Shown piece after piece: positions 30,123 through 39,768 of a stretch of 64,000 bases of DNA. The stretch lies in contig PPNB01000002.1 of assembly GCA_003707115.1 (NCBI GenBank), positions 496,001 through 560,000 of the forward strand, given 5' to 3'. The notes under the pieces are model-generated. The model worked only from the letters and a program-made list of their open reading frames with translations, had not been told where the DNA came from and did not search any database. The translations under genes were made by a program, and so were the position numbers. Position 1 is the first letter of the stretch. The number at the start of each line of letters is the position of its first letter. Source of the stretch: Tortispora ganteri. Lineage: Eukaryota.

Positions 30123-31109
30123 ATGTCCGATTCTGCAGAAATTGATACAGTTATTGAGTCTAACCCTTTTGTAGAGCAGGTAAAGAGTTTCGTCGCTGGA
30201 GGTGTGGGCGGCGTGTGCTCGGTGCTCACAGGACACCCCTTTGACCTGCTCAAGGTGCGCCTGCAAACTGCTTCACCCGGTCAATACTCTGGCACACTCG
30301 ACGCTCTCAAGAAAACTATAGCTCATGATGGACCAAAGGGTCTATACAGAGGTGTGACTGCTCCACTGCTCGGCGTTACCCCTATGTTCGCGATTTCTTT
30401 CTGGGGCTACGATCTTGGTAAACAAATCGTAACTGCTACTACGCCTACAGGCCCAGGAGGATCGCTATCAATTGCACAGATCTCTGCAGCCGGTTTTATT
30501 TCAGCAATTCCTACAACTGCTGTCGCGGCACCTTTTGAGCGCGTGAAAGTCCTGCTCCAGGTCCAGGGTCAGGAGTCTACGACGCCTGCCGCTGGTGCGG
30601 CAGAGAAAGCGGCTGCTGGTGCGGCTGCTGGAACCGCTGCTGGAACTGCCGCAACTACTAGTGCACCTAAACCGCGCTACAATGGTACTTTCGACGTCGT
30701 AAAGCACCTCTACCGTGAAGGCGGCCTCCGCTCTATTTTCAAGGGCTCCGTCGCTACGGTCGCACGTGACGGTCCCGGAAGCGCCCTTTACTTTGCTACT
30801 TACGAGTACCTTAAACGGTCTCTTACGCCTAAAGATGCCGAAATGTCATTTAGTGCAATTCTCTTTTCTGGAGGTATGGCTGGTGTTTCTATGTGGTTGG
30901 TAGTGTTCCCGCTCGATACTATTAAATCCACTTTGCAGTCGCAGGAAGGAAACGCCAATTTTGTTAACATTACTAGACAGATCTATAGCAAAGGCGGATT
31001 CAAGGCGTTCTTCCCCGGTATCGGACCAGCTTTGCTCAGGTCTTTCCCCGCCAACGCTGCTACTTTCCTTGGTGTCGAACTCACTCATAGAGCCTTTGCG
31101 TTGCTCTGA
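30123..31109 (+). CDS. CRC1: Mitochondrial carnitine/acylcarnitine carrier
   Basis: Three PX[DE]XXK signatures; GHPFDLLKVRLQ, GVTPMFAISFWGY, RDGPGSALYF and RSFPANAATF. Confidence 0.93.
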   Translation: MSDSAEIDTVIESNPFVEQVKSFVAGGVGGVCSVLTGHPFDLLKVRLQTASPGQYSGTLDALKKTIAHDGPKGLYRGVTAPLLGVTPMFAISFWGYDLGKQIVTATTPTGPGGSLSIAQISAAGFISAIPTTAVAAPFERVKVLLQVQGQESTTPAAGAAEKAAAGAAAGTAAGTAATTSAPKPRYNGTFDVVKHLYREGGLRSIFKGSVATVARDGPGSALYFATYEYLKRSLTPKDAEMSFSAILFSGGMAGVSMWLVVFPLDTIKSTLQSQEGNANFVNITRQIYSKGGFKAFFPGIGPALLRSFPANAATFLGVELTHRAFALL

Positions 31110-31158
31110 AATGGATAACATTTTCACAAACACATATTATTTGTGAATTTTCCACCAG

Positions 31159-32433
31159 CTATTGTTCCATCCAGGACTCATCAGCGACCGTGCTTTCGTG
31201 TTGCCAAACATGAGTAACATCGACGAATGGCATCTGTTTGTATAATCTCACTAGCTGGTTTCGTGTATAGACATTGCCTTTCATGTAACCTTGGTCAATA
31301 AGACTGACCACTATCGATTCAATAGCATTGTAGTCCCACTCTGCGACGATTGGGTCCGTAGCCAGATCTCTTGAAGAGAATTCAATTGCCTTTAGAAGAT
31401 CGCTGAACCGAAGATCGGTGACTTGTTGAATGAGCATAACGCGTCTAAATAGGTTGCGCAAAATTAGGGTATCGATACGGTACCGCATTGTAGAATATAC
31501 TTTTATTGAAATAAGCAGTGCTTTAGTTTTTTCGATGTGCGAATAGTACGCCGACCGGTCGCCCTGTTTGATTGCAGCCACTGCAGGTCCGTAGAGTGAG
31601 TCCAGGTTATATGTTTGGAGCAGTTGGAGCGTCGGCATGTAGCCGAGTACAATAGATGCGGGCACAAGATGTAACAGAATTACTCTTTCGTTGTGCGGAC
31701 TTGTACCGTTACAGTGTGTGTATGCCCATAACAGATGGCGACGAGCGAGCAGGTACTGGTTACGGTAAAAGTAGAAGCGGCCAAGTTGACAGCGGTAGAA
31801 GACCTGCAGAGACATAGAGTACTGTGACATTTTTACAGCAGCAGTATGCATGTTAGCAAAGACGTTTGCACAGGATATAGGTTGTTCAAGTGTGAAATAA
31901 GTCTTGCAAAGAGCGACTGCGATATAGAGCAGAATTGATTTGCGTGGGCTATGCGGATCGCGGTCGCCTCGTATGGAATTGAAAAGTCGTAATATAATAC
32001 CTGAAAGATGCATGTTACGCGGATAATAAACGGTATTTGGAGGTAACCGTTTTTCTATGCGATCGAGCCGGTCAGCCTCTGATGCCAGTGGTAAGGCGAC
32101 ACCTATCACGTGCACAACAAGGCCATAAAGAATGGCACCTTGTGCAGATGCAAATGCCGTTTGTGTAGCCGCTGCAAGTTTCTCGACAAGATCAAACGTC
32201 TGGCGAACATCGTATGGATTCACATCACGGCAAAGTTGTAGATACGCATTAAGGACGAGTTCTATAGCAGGTGACAGGCCCGCTGCAGCAACAGCGGTCT
32301 CAATGTCAACAGTTTGCGCATCAATCTGGATAGTTGCTATTAGATCCTTTGAGAAGTCAAGGTTAAAGCAGTTTATGTAGTCAACTGCAGTTACAGCATT
32401 GCGCACCTGCGTGATCACAGCCTGTGTGGACAT
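31159..32433 (-). CDS. PCI-domain protein, PCID2/Csn12/Thp1 family
   Basis: YF.L.Q...C.NVF, Y...LGRFYF, N...IL..LVP, and a winged-helix end E.IVVSLIDQGYMKG. Confidence 0.8.
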   Translation of the reverse strand: MSTQAVITQVRNAVTAVDYINCFNLDFSKDLIATIQIDAQTVDIETAVAAAGLSPAIELVLNAYLQLCRDVNPYDVRQTFDLVEKLAAATQTAFASAQGAILYGLVVHVIGVALPLASEADRLDRIEKRLPPNTVYYPRNMHLSGIILRLFNSIRGDRDPHSPRKSILLYIAVALCKTYFTLEQPISCANVFANMHTAAVKMSQYSMSLQVFYRCQLGRFYFYRNQYLLARRHLLWAYTHCNGTSPHNERVILLHLVPASIVLGYMPTLQLLQTYNLDSLYGPAVAAIKQGDRSAYYSHIEKTKALLISIKVYSTMRYRIDTLILRNLFRRVMLIQQVTDLRFSDLLKAIEFSSRDLATDPIVAEWDYNAIESIVVSLIDQGYMKGNVYTRNQLVRLYKQMPFVDVTHVWQHESTVADESWMEQ

Positions 32434-32659
32434 ATATTTATTATAAACCTCGATTTATAATGTTTTTTGATACTCTTAGTTGTTGTTACCCGGCGCACAA
32501 AGGTGCTGCCGTGGCCTTAGTTGGGCTAGACCTATAAAGACAAGACAACCTTGTTAATAGTTCATTCACTGGACACCCTCTATATTGCTTTTTTTTGTTT
32601 GTTAAAAATCGTAGTAATTACGGTGATAAAAAGAAAAATTTACTTTTTTGGTAAATATA

Positions 32660-34519
32660 ATGATACATTACGTGTTTTCATTGCTGCTATTATGCGCAAT
32701 TGGAAGCGCTTTCTATCTCCCAGGGGTTGCGCCAAACGACTATATCGTTGGAGACTCAATACCAGTACTAGTCAATAGTTTGACACCATCTGGTGATTTT
32801 GACCTAAAATCTTTAATTGCATATGACTTCTATCATCCAAATTTTGACTTCTGTCAACCCGAGGATGGGCCTAAACAGGTCTCTGAGTCACTGGGATCGA
32901 TCCTATTCGGTGACCGTATATTCACGGCACCCTATAAGCTAAATCTCCTCGAGAATCAAGAATGTGTGCTCCTTTGTGCAAAAACATACAGTCCAAAACC
33001 ATCTCGGTTTATTAATCGTCGTATCCGAGAACACTACATCATGAATATGATCGTCGACGGCCTTCCTGTTGCTCGCGTTCACAAGAACTCCGCAACCGGC
33101 GAAGAGTATTACTCGTCTGGATTTGCCCTTGGTGAGCTTATAGATGGAACACCCTATCTGAACAACCACCTCAACTTCGAAATAGAGTATCACGTCACAA
33201 AATCGGGTAAGTACCGCATAGTAGGCGTTAGCGTCTCTCCTGCCTCTAAACACTCTGTCGTTGACGACCTTGGAAACCCTGACTGCTCCTCCACCGTGCT
33301 TATTTCTCTTGATGCAGATTCCGCCACAGAAGTAGTATATACCTACAGTGTCTCCTGGAAAGAATCCGCCACCCCCTGGGCGACCCGCTGGGACAAGTAC
33401 CTCGAAGTCGAAGACTCAAAAATTCATTGGTTTTCTATCGTCAATTCTTCGGCAATCGTTGTATTTTTACTAGGAATGGTTGGAGTCATCTTACTCAGAA
33501 CACTCCACAAAGATATCTCACATTATAATGAGTTAGACCTCGACTCCGGCTCGCAAGAAGAAACAGGCTGGAAACTCGTCTACGGCGATGTGTTCCGTGC
33601 ACCTTCGCACCCGTTGCTCTTGTCTGTCCTGCTGGGTTCTGGCGCACAACTGCTTCTCATGGGAATGACAGTTATTGTATTTGCTCTAATGGGACTTCTG
33701 TCGCCTTCTAACCGTGGTTCCCTACCGACAGTCATGCTCCTTGTGTTCGCGCTCTACGCCTTCTTCTCCGGTTACGTCTCAGCCCGCGCCTATCAGGTGT
33801 TCCAGGGCGAAAACTGGAAAATGGTCGTCCTTCTAGCACCTACACTTGTTCCCTCATGCGTATTCTCTGTGTTTATAATGCTTAACTTTTTCTTGATCAG
33901 CAAGGGCTCATCTGGCGCAGTTCCCTTCGGCACCATGGTACTAATTGTATTCATCTGGTTCCTGATTTCTGCACCTTTGTCATGCGCTGGCTCGTACTGC
34001 GGACTGAAAGCGAAAGCGTACGAGGCGCCAGTACGCGTGAACCAGATCCCCAGACAAATCCCCACGCAGCCTACTTACTTGATGCTTGTACCATCTATCT
34101 TCTGTGCTGGAATCCTACCATTCGGGTCAATATTCGTGGAATTGTATTTTATCCTGAGTTCTCTGTGGATGCACAAATACTACTATATGTTCGGATTCCT
34201 GTTTTTATGTTTTGGTATACTAATAGCGACGTGTGCTGCTGTATCGATCTTATTTGTTTACTTCCTGCTATGCGCAGAGAACTACAACTGGCAATGGCGG
34301 TCTTTCATGTTTTCTGGCGGTACTGCTATCTATATTCTGATCCACTCATTTATTTTTTGGATTACGAGAGCTTCTGGTTTTAATTTTGCGTCAGCTGTGC
34401 TTTATTTTGGCTACTCATTCATTCTAGCAGGGCTCGTGTTCCTGCTTACTGGGTTTGTGGGATTCTCGGCATCTTTTATGTTTGTTGACAGAATCTACCG
34501 GGCTATCAAAATTGATTAA
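32660..34519 (+). CDS. EMP70: Transmembrane 9 superfamily (nonaspanin) protein
   Basis: Signal peptide followed by FYLPGVAP; ESLGSILFGDRI, IHWFSIVNS, GWKLVYGDVFR, PVRVNQIPRQIP; ends IKID. ATG at 32660. Confidence 0.93.
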   Translation: MIHYVFSLLLLCAIGSAFYLPGVAPNDYIVGDSIPVLVNSLTPSGDFDLKSLIAYDFYHPNFDFCQPEDGPKQVSESLGSILFGDRIFTAPYKLNLLENQECVLLCAKTYSPKPSRFINRRIREHYIMNMIVDGLPVARVHKNSATGEEYYSSGFALGELIDGTPYLNNHLNFEIEYHVTKSGKYRIVGVSVSPASKHSVVDDLGNPDCSSTVLISLDADSATEVVYTYSVSWKESATPWATRWDKYLEVEDSKIHWFSIVNSSAIVVFLLGMVGVILLRTLHKDISHYNELDLDSGSQEETGWKLVYGDVFRAPSHPLLLSVLLGSGAQLLLMGMTVIVFALMGLLSPSNRGSLPTVMLLVFALYAFFSGYVSARAYQVFQGENWKMVVLLAPTLVPSCVFSVFIMLNFFLISKGSSGAVPFGTMVLIVFIWFLISAPLSCAGSYCGLKAKAYEAPVRVNQIPRQIPTQPTYLMLVPSIFCAGILPFGSIFVELYFILSSLWMHKYYYMFGFLFLCFGILIATCAAVSILFVYFLLCAENYNWQWRSFMFSGGTAIYILIHSFIFWITRASGFNFASAVLYFGYSFILAGLVFLLTGFVGFSASFMFVDRIYRAIKID

Positions 34520-34752
34520 TTGCGTATATCTGACGGGGGAAATATTCGAATAACAAAACGCGAACTACTATGAACGACTAAAGACTTTTGACGGGATCTA
34601 GTCGGCTGGGCCTGACCTTGCCCATTGGGACTTGGTCTTATAGGCCCGCTCTACCCATATTTCTCTCATTTTTAGTCCACTACCCCCACATTTTTTTTTT
34701 CTCATTCCTCATAGAGACCAAATTTGATTAATAAAAACCACATAAGATCGTA

Positions 34753-35259
34753 ATGGCTGGATCTGTATCAGGAGCGTTACTACGCAGACAGTTCCAAGAT
34801 CTAAATAGAGACGGGATACCAGGAATCTCCGCAGGACTCAGAAAGGACAACCTCTATGACTGGGAAGTGCTCATGGTAGGTCCTGAAGACACTCTTTATG
34901 AAGGCGGTCTGTTCCGCGCACGTATGCGGTTTCCTTCAGATTATCCAAATATGCCACCTGTGCTGAAATTCATTAGCCCCATGTGGCACCCGAACGTGTT
35001 CCCGGATGGTGTTGTCTGTATATCGATCCTCCACAGTCCCGGCGAGGACGAACACGGTCTAGAAGACGCAGGTGAGCGTTGGTTGCCTGTACATACTGCT
35101 GAAACAATTCTGCTTAGTGTCATGGCTATGCTATCTTCTCCGAATCTCGATTCTCCAGCTAACGTAGATGCCACAAAGCAGTACCGCGATGACTACCCAG
35201 CCTATAAGAAGCGCGTCCGCGAGATAGTTCGTCGTTCAATTGAAGAACTGCCGGAGTAA
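34753..35259 (+). CDS. Ubiquitin-conjugating enzyme E2, Ubc7/Cdc34 class with acidic loop (UBE2G1/Ubc15-like)
   Basis: HPNVFPDGVVCISILH with an acidic insertion, ERWLPVHT and SPANVDA. Confidence 0.9.
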   Translation: MAGSVSGALLRRQFQDLNRDGIPGISAGLRKDNLYDWEVLMVGPEDTLYEGGLFRARMRFPSDYPNMPPVLKFISPMWHPNVFPDGVVCISILHSPGEDEHGLEDAGERWLPVHTAETILLSVMAMLSSPNLDSPANVDATKQYRDDYPAYKKRVREIVRRSIEELPE

Positions 35260-35400
35260 ATCGCAGCGTTTACTCGGAATCCTGCGAATTAAATCACATG
35301 CATTATATGTGTTTTCTCGCTATAGACTACGAATTAATGCCAATCTACTAAATCTTTCGCTAATACACTCGTTATAATCGTTACGCACTGATGTACCCCC

Positions 35401-35838
35401 CTACTTGTCGAACGACGAGTCGAGGATATCAAACATATCGTCATTAGATGTTTTCGTAGACTTTTCATCCTTAGAAGACTTTGATCCGTTAGTTTCCTTG
35501 TCTTCGTCAAACCCAAATCGTCGCTGGAACCGCGCCATACGGCCACCGGCCTCCATTTGTGCTGCCAGCTCGGCTGCAATACTTGGATTCCATTGAGCCT
35601 GATTACGTATATCCTTGATATACCGCCACTCAGTGCGTGGAAAAACACTCTTTCTCATATACGTTGACCCGTCAGATAGCTCAACCCGGCAGTCGAACCG
35701 GTACGGCACATTCGGCCGCGTCTTGCCGATCTCCAGATGTCGCACAGGCCACTTTTTTACGCTCGATTTACCCGAAGGTGCAGCATATCCGCGTATTTGT
35801 ATGTATAGTGGACTCAATGCTTTTCTTAATCCGATCAT
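35401..35838 (-). CDS. MRPL36: Mitochondrial ribosomal protein bL31m
   Basis: Presequence; VELSDGST, DIRNQAQWNPS and GRMARFQRRFG. Confidence 0.85.
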   Translation of the reverse strand: MIGLRKALSPLYIQIRGYAAPSGKSSVKKWPVRHLEIGKTRPNVPYRFDCRVELSDGSTYMRKSVFPRTEWRYIKDIRNQAQWNPSIAAELAAQMEAGGRMARFQRRFGFDEDKETNGSKSSKDEKSTKTSNDDMFDILDSSFDK

Positions 35839-35909
35839 CGTTGGTTACTTTTAAGGTCGGACGCTGATAAAATTGCAAGTTAAATGTATTTTCTTTTTTT
35901 TACTGTCAA

Positions 35910-35924
35910 TAGGGTTAGGGTTAG
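35910..35924. promoter_or_regulatory. Tandem TTAGGG (Tbf1/Teb1-type) element in the divergent MRPL36/MED4 promoter
   Basis: TAGGGTTAGGGTTAG; similar elements at 43872-84, 45430-45, 53054-63 and 54256-68. Confidence 0.6.
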
Positions 35925-35972
35925 ATCATCACTCTGGTTTCACACAAACAACTTACATTGCGATAGCCAACT

Positions 35973-36698
35973 ATGAGCATCGGGGATGACCTTAAGACGG
36001 CGCTATCTGCGCTGCTTCTGGCTTTCGATAAATACCTTGATGCTGTAGCGATGTACCAGCCATATGATAAGCATGTAATGCGTCTAGAGCGTGCATGTGA
36101 AGATGTTAACAAAGAGCTTTCGATGCTTGAGCAACACCAACAGAATTATGAACTAATCACACAACTGAACGAAGACACCCAAAGAGCAGACAGTGAACTC
36201 AGAAATAGAATGAAACAGCTTGTTCAAATTAGACAAAGGCTTAATCAGCTGCCTAAACCGTCAAACATGTCTGTTCCAGAATCCCAGAAAGAAGTGTCAT
36301 ATACGGAACTGCTTGCCTATGCTACTAAAATCTCGAAATTCACTACTGCACCACCAGGATACGCTCAGGCTGCTGATGCTACAGAATCTCAACCGAAACA
36401 GGATTCACCAGATCCTGAAAATACCAAAATTGTACCTCCTGAGTACTCAAAACCCATCACATCGGTACCTGCGAATTTCCCTTGGCCCTCAGAAGACGAA
36501 ATGAGACGCGGCTGTTTGGCCGAATACAACGTTAAATCTCTGAAAAATGACAGACCAATCGATAATAATAATCTCCCAGTTGAACTGCCGCATACTGTTA
36601 CTAAAGATGAATCAATGTCCCCTACAGCGCATGATCCCATGGAGAACACAAATACAACTGTTGACTTAGACCTTTACGACCCTGACGACGAAAACTGA
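35973..36698 (+). CDS. MED4: Mediator subunit 4
   Basis: ELLAYATKISKFT..PP, PWPSEDEMRRG.L and C-terminal DLDLYDPD. Confidence 0.9.
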   Translation: MSIGDDLKTALSALLLAFDKYLDAVAMYQPYDKHVMRLERACEDVNKELSMLEQHQQNYELITQLNEDTQRADSELRNRMKQLVQIRQRLNQLPKPSNMSVPESQKEVSYTELLAYATKISKFTTAPPGYAQAADATESQPKQDSPDPENTKIVPPEYSKPITSVPANFPWPSEDEMRRGCLAEYNVKSLKNDRPIDNNNLPVELPHTVTKDESMSPTAHDPMENTNTTVDLDLYDPDDEN

Positions 36699-36754
36699 AT
36701 AATATGCTTGTTTTTTTTTTTATAAAAAAAATATCTAGTCCATAAATATTTTCC

Positions 36755-39034
36755 TCAAAACCAGTTTCGCACAACTGAACTCCCTCCTCCGCGAAGCGGC
36801 TTCACTATTTTCAAAGAGTTCAGCCCTTTAGATATGCCACTCACAGGCGTAGAAGATACCATTGATTTACCTTCAGCACTAAAAGAATGCATTTGTGCTT
36901 CTTCTAGTTTACTGCGAACTGACTCTAGTCTCGTTTCAAATTTACTACTATCAGCAGCAAGCTTTTCTTGCGAAAATTGCAGTAATGTCTCCAACGCCTC
37001 AATCCTTTCATTTCTGGAATTCAGCTTTCTTTCCGCAACAGCAATCTCTTTCTTTAAGTGCGAATTTTGCTCAACAAGCTGTCTCTGAACTTGTGTAAGA
37101 TGCTCCAAATTTCTATTCAAAAATAACATCTTCTTCTGTTGTGCACTTCCTGATGTCTTCATAAAATTGTCATAGTGTTCCCTGGTCTCGTCTAATTGAA
37201 TCTCCAGCTCTATAACCCTCTCGCACCTCTTCTCAACTTCAACCATTAAAGCTTTCTTTATTGCTTCAAATTCTTTCAGTTTAGAATTGTGCAAATCATC
37301 GTTATCGCTATCAGGTATCGGTCCAAATTCCGCATTCTGCACTGCTGAACTTATCTTAGACATTTCATCTAATTTTCGTATCTTCTGATGCATCTCATCA
37401 ATAATCTTATCTTTGCGACTGATTTCTTCATGTAGTTCTCGTATCTTAGAACGAGAAAAATCTTCGGACGTTCTCCAACTCTTGAATTTCGCCAACTGTT
37501 CGTTTTTTATCTCGTTATATGGCACATTCGCATCATCATCATCAAACAAGAGTAACTCGTCTGCTGAACTCTCGTCAGAAGACTCCTTTGCAGAGTCATT
37601 AATATCTATAGAATCCGAGCGCAGCTTCAAATGGCGCATCTCATGCACCAACTCTTTGAATGCTTCACGTACCTCGTTCAATTCTCGTGTCTTCTTATCG
37701 ACTTCTTGTTGCAGTGCAATAGACCTGTAGTCAGAATCGTCGTCGGCAATACTGCCGCTAAGGTTGTTCGTCGTGATTTTAACAGGGCTTTCTGGCACAC
37801 TAGCATCCGTGTTAGCACTATCCAAAGCTTTTGCTTTGCTGTTTGTCGCACTACTAGCATGTGCACCAAGTGCATCAATAAAGCTAACCCACACAGAAGC
37901 GTCTGGAGTTTTACCGTCTCTCCATTGTGAGAGTTCGGACTGTAAATCGCGTATATGGTGAGCAAACTTGCCAAGCTGCTGCTGAGAAGTGCGCAGAAGC
38001 AACTTAAGTTCCGTAGCTGAAAGTTCCGCGTTGATTTTGGCCTTGTTTCGAATATTCTTTGCCCTAGCACCAAAGCGCAAAGTAGATATGGTTTCTTGGT
38101 CATTGTAGGAAGACGGAGAGCAGTTAATGATAAGAGATGTTCGCGAATTACCACCGAGCGACTCTTGTAAGATTCGTGTAAGTTTTGAATCACGGTAAGG
38201 AATGTGCGAAGACTTGCTATCTGTAAGGGAATTGATTACCATGCCTAATGTGGAGAGGGACTTGTTAATCTTTTTTGCTTCCTCTAGAGTCTGACCTGAC
38301 GCGCCGGTTTTGCCGACTTTTTCAGAGCCAGCAAGGTCAACAAGGAAAAGCTGGCCAGATTTAGACGAGCCAGTTTCGAGATTTTTTTGAGAGACGACTA
38401 ATGAGAAAATAGCATGTGACCTTGAAGATTCTTGATTCATATTGGTAGACGCGACTGCACGCGACCGGGCACCTTGACGCATTACTTCAAAAACCTCTTC
38501 GACAGATGCAACATAAGTTTCAGTAAGTCCCTTGATATATACTCCACGTGACTTATCTTCATGAACGGGAAGATTGTCGTTAGCTATGTTTAGAAGATCT
38601 TTGACGCGTTCCATGTAGATTTCCATGTAGGAAACCCTAACGGTGTATTCGATGTTGTCAGGAGCAGTTAGAATAGAAGCAAATATTTGCTTTACTATAC
38701 GTGGTATAAGACCGCAAGAATGTGGGTCGTCTATTGAGGGGCCCATCATTGTGTATGATTTTCCTGAGCCGGTCTGGCCGTATGCAAGGACAGTGCCATT
38801 ATAACCGCTAAGAATGTCGTCTACTGTTGATTTGATGGAATAATTGAATATATCTTCTTGTGCGGAATCTGGAGTAAATACGCGATCAAAAGTAAAAGAA
38901 CCAGAAAAGTCTTTAGAAGTAATTCGACATGTGTCTTCAGAATCAAAAGAGACAAGTGAGGACGAGTTATTCTCTATCTCTAAAGCGTTCTGCGGTCTGA
39001 ACCTGGCGATTACTTTGATTGTATCTCTGCTCAT
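36755..39034 (-). CDS. Conventional kinesin (kinesin-1) heavy chain
   Basis: IKVIARFRP, YGQTGSGKS, SSRSH, LVDLAGSE and HIPYRDSKLTRILQESLGGN; fungal KHC tail RCERVIELE...QVQRQLVEQN...IVKPLRGGG. Confidence 0.95.
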   Translation of the reverse strand: MSRDTIKVIARFRPQNALEIENNSSSLVSFDSEDTCRITSKDFSGSFTFDRVFTPDSAQEDIFNYSIKSTVDDILSGYNGTVLAYGQTGSGKSYTMMGPSIDDPHSCGLIPRIVKQIFASILTAPDNIEYTVRVSYMEIYMERVKDLLNIANDNLPVHEDKSRGVYIKGLTETYVASVEEVFEVMRQGARSRAVASTNMNQESSRSHAIFSLVVSQKNLETGSSKSGQLFLVDLAGSEKVGKTGASGQTLEEAKKINKSLSTLGMVINSLTDSKSSHIPYRDSKLTRILQESLGGNSRTSLIINCSPSSYNDQETISTLRFGARAKNIRNKAKINAELSATELKLLLRTSQQQLGKFAHHIRDLQSELSQWRDGKTPDASVWVSFIDALGAHASSATNSKAKALDSANTDASVPESPVKITTNNLSGSIADDDSDYRSIALQQEVDKKTRELNEVREAFKELVHEMRHLKLRSDSIDINDSAKESSDESSADELLLFDDDDANVPYNEIKNEQLAKFKSWRTSEDFSRSKIRELHEEISRKDKIIDEMHQKIRKLDEMSKISSAVQNAEFGPIPDSDNDDLHNSKLKEFEAIKKALMVEVEKRCERVIELEIQLDETREHYDNFMKTSGSAQQKKMLFLNRNLEHLTQVQRQLVEQNSHLKKEIAVAERKLNSRNERIEALETLLQFSQEKLAADSSKFETRLESVRSKLEEAQMHSFSAEGKSMVSSTPVSGISKGLNSLKIVKPLRGGGSSVVRNWF

Positions 39035-39768
39035 TGTTAATCACACAAGTTTCGCGTAATATAAATCAATTAATACGCGTTTAATTCAAAACAGAATTCG
39101 TTTTTGGTGTTTCGTTAAAGCGCTTTCTCGCCTTTTTTCGGTGCGTGTTTACCTTGGTCAATGCTAAGTGTGTCCTACCACGTAGGTTTATTTGGTAGAA
39201 TTAAGGTTTTCTTTGGGGGGAGAGGTCAATGGTCGGTCACATGACCTTAACTTTCAGCTCAATGAGATCAATATTACAATGTCTTTATAAACACTGTACA
39301 ATGTCCACAAGTATGTTGAAGAAAAGTAAATAATGTAAAATATTTATGGTGGTTTCAATAACGCTGAAATTTTTCAATGAGTATTACAGTTGGTTTGTAT
39401 GTGAGTGGCTGCTATGTAGTGGGGGTCTATTATACACCCCAGATTGCCCCCCTACGGGACACTATTTGTTCCAAGTCTTGAGAATTAGTACACGACGTCC
39501 CCTTTTAAAAGCAATTAAATTATAACAATAAATTAAATCTCAGAAGAATGCATTCTATAGGATTTGCGAATCAATACGTCATTTTGCCAAAACAAAAAAA
39601 AAAAATCCATATGTTTATTACCCTGAAACAATAAGGTTCCTGAAACCCTTTTGTGCATATCTCAAGCTTTGATTTGCCTGCCTTCTCTCCCATCGACACT
39701 CAACCTGAGAGAACCCAACCCACCAACACTGTGCACACACCCTTAATTCTGCACATGACCTGCCCATA

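Noticed and set aside
30261..30263. Possible CUG codon reassignment
   Set aside because: CTG occupies conserved Leu positions (KVRLQ in Crc1, DLGK in Rpn6), consistent with the standard code.
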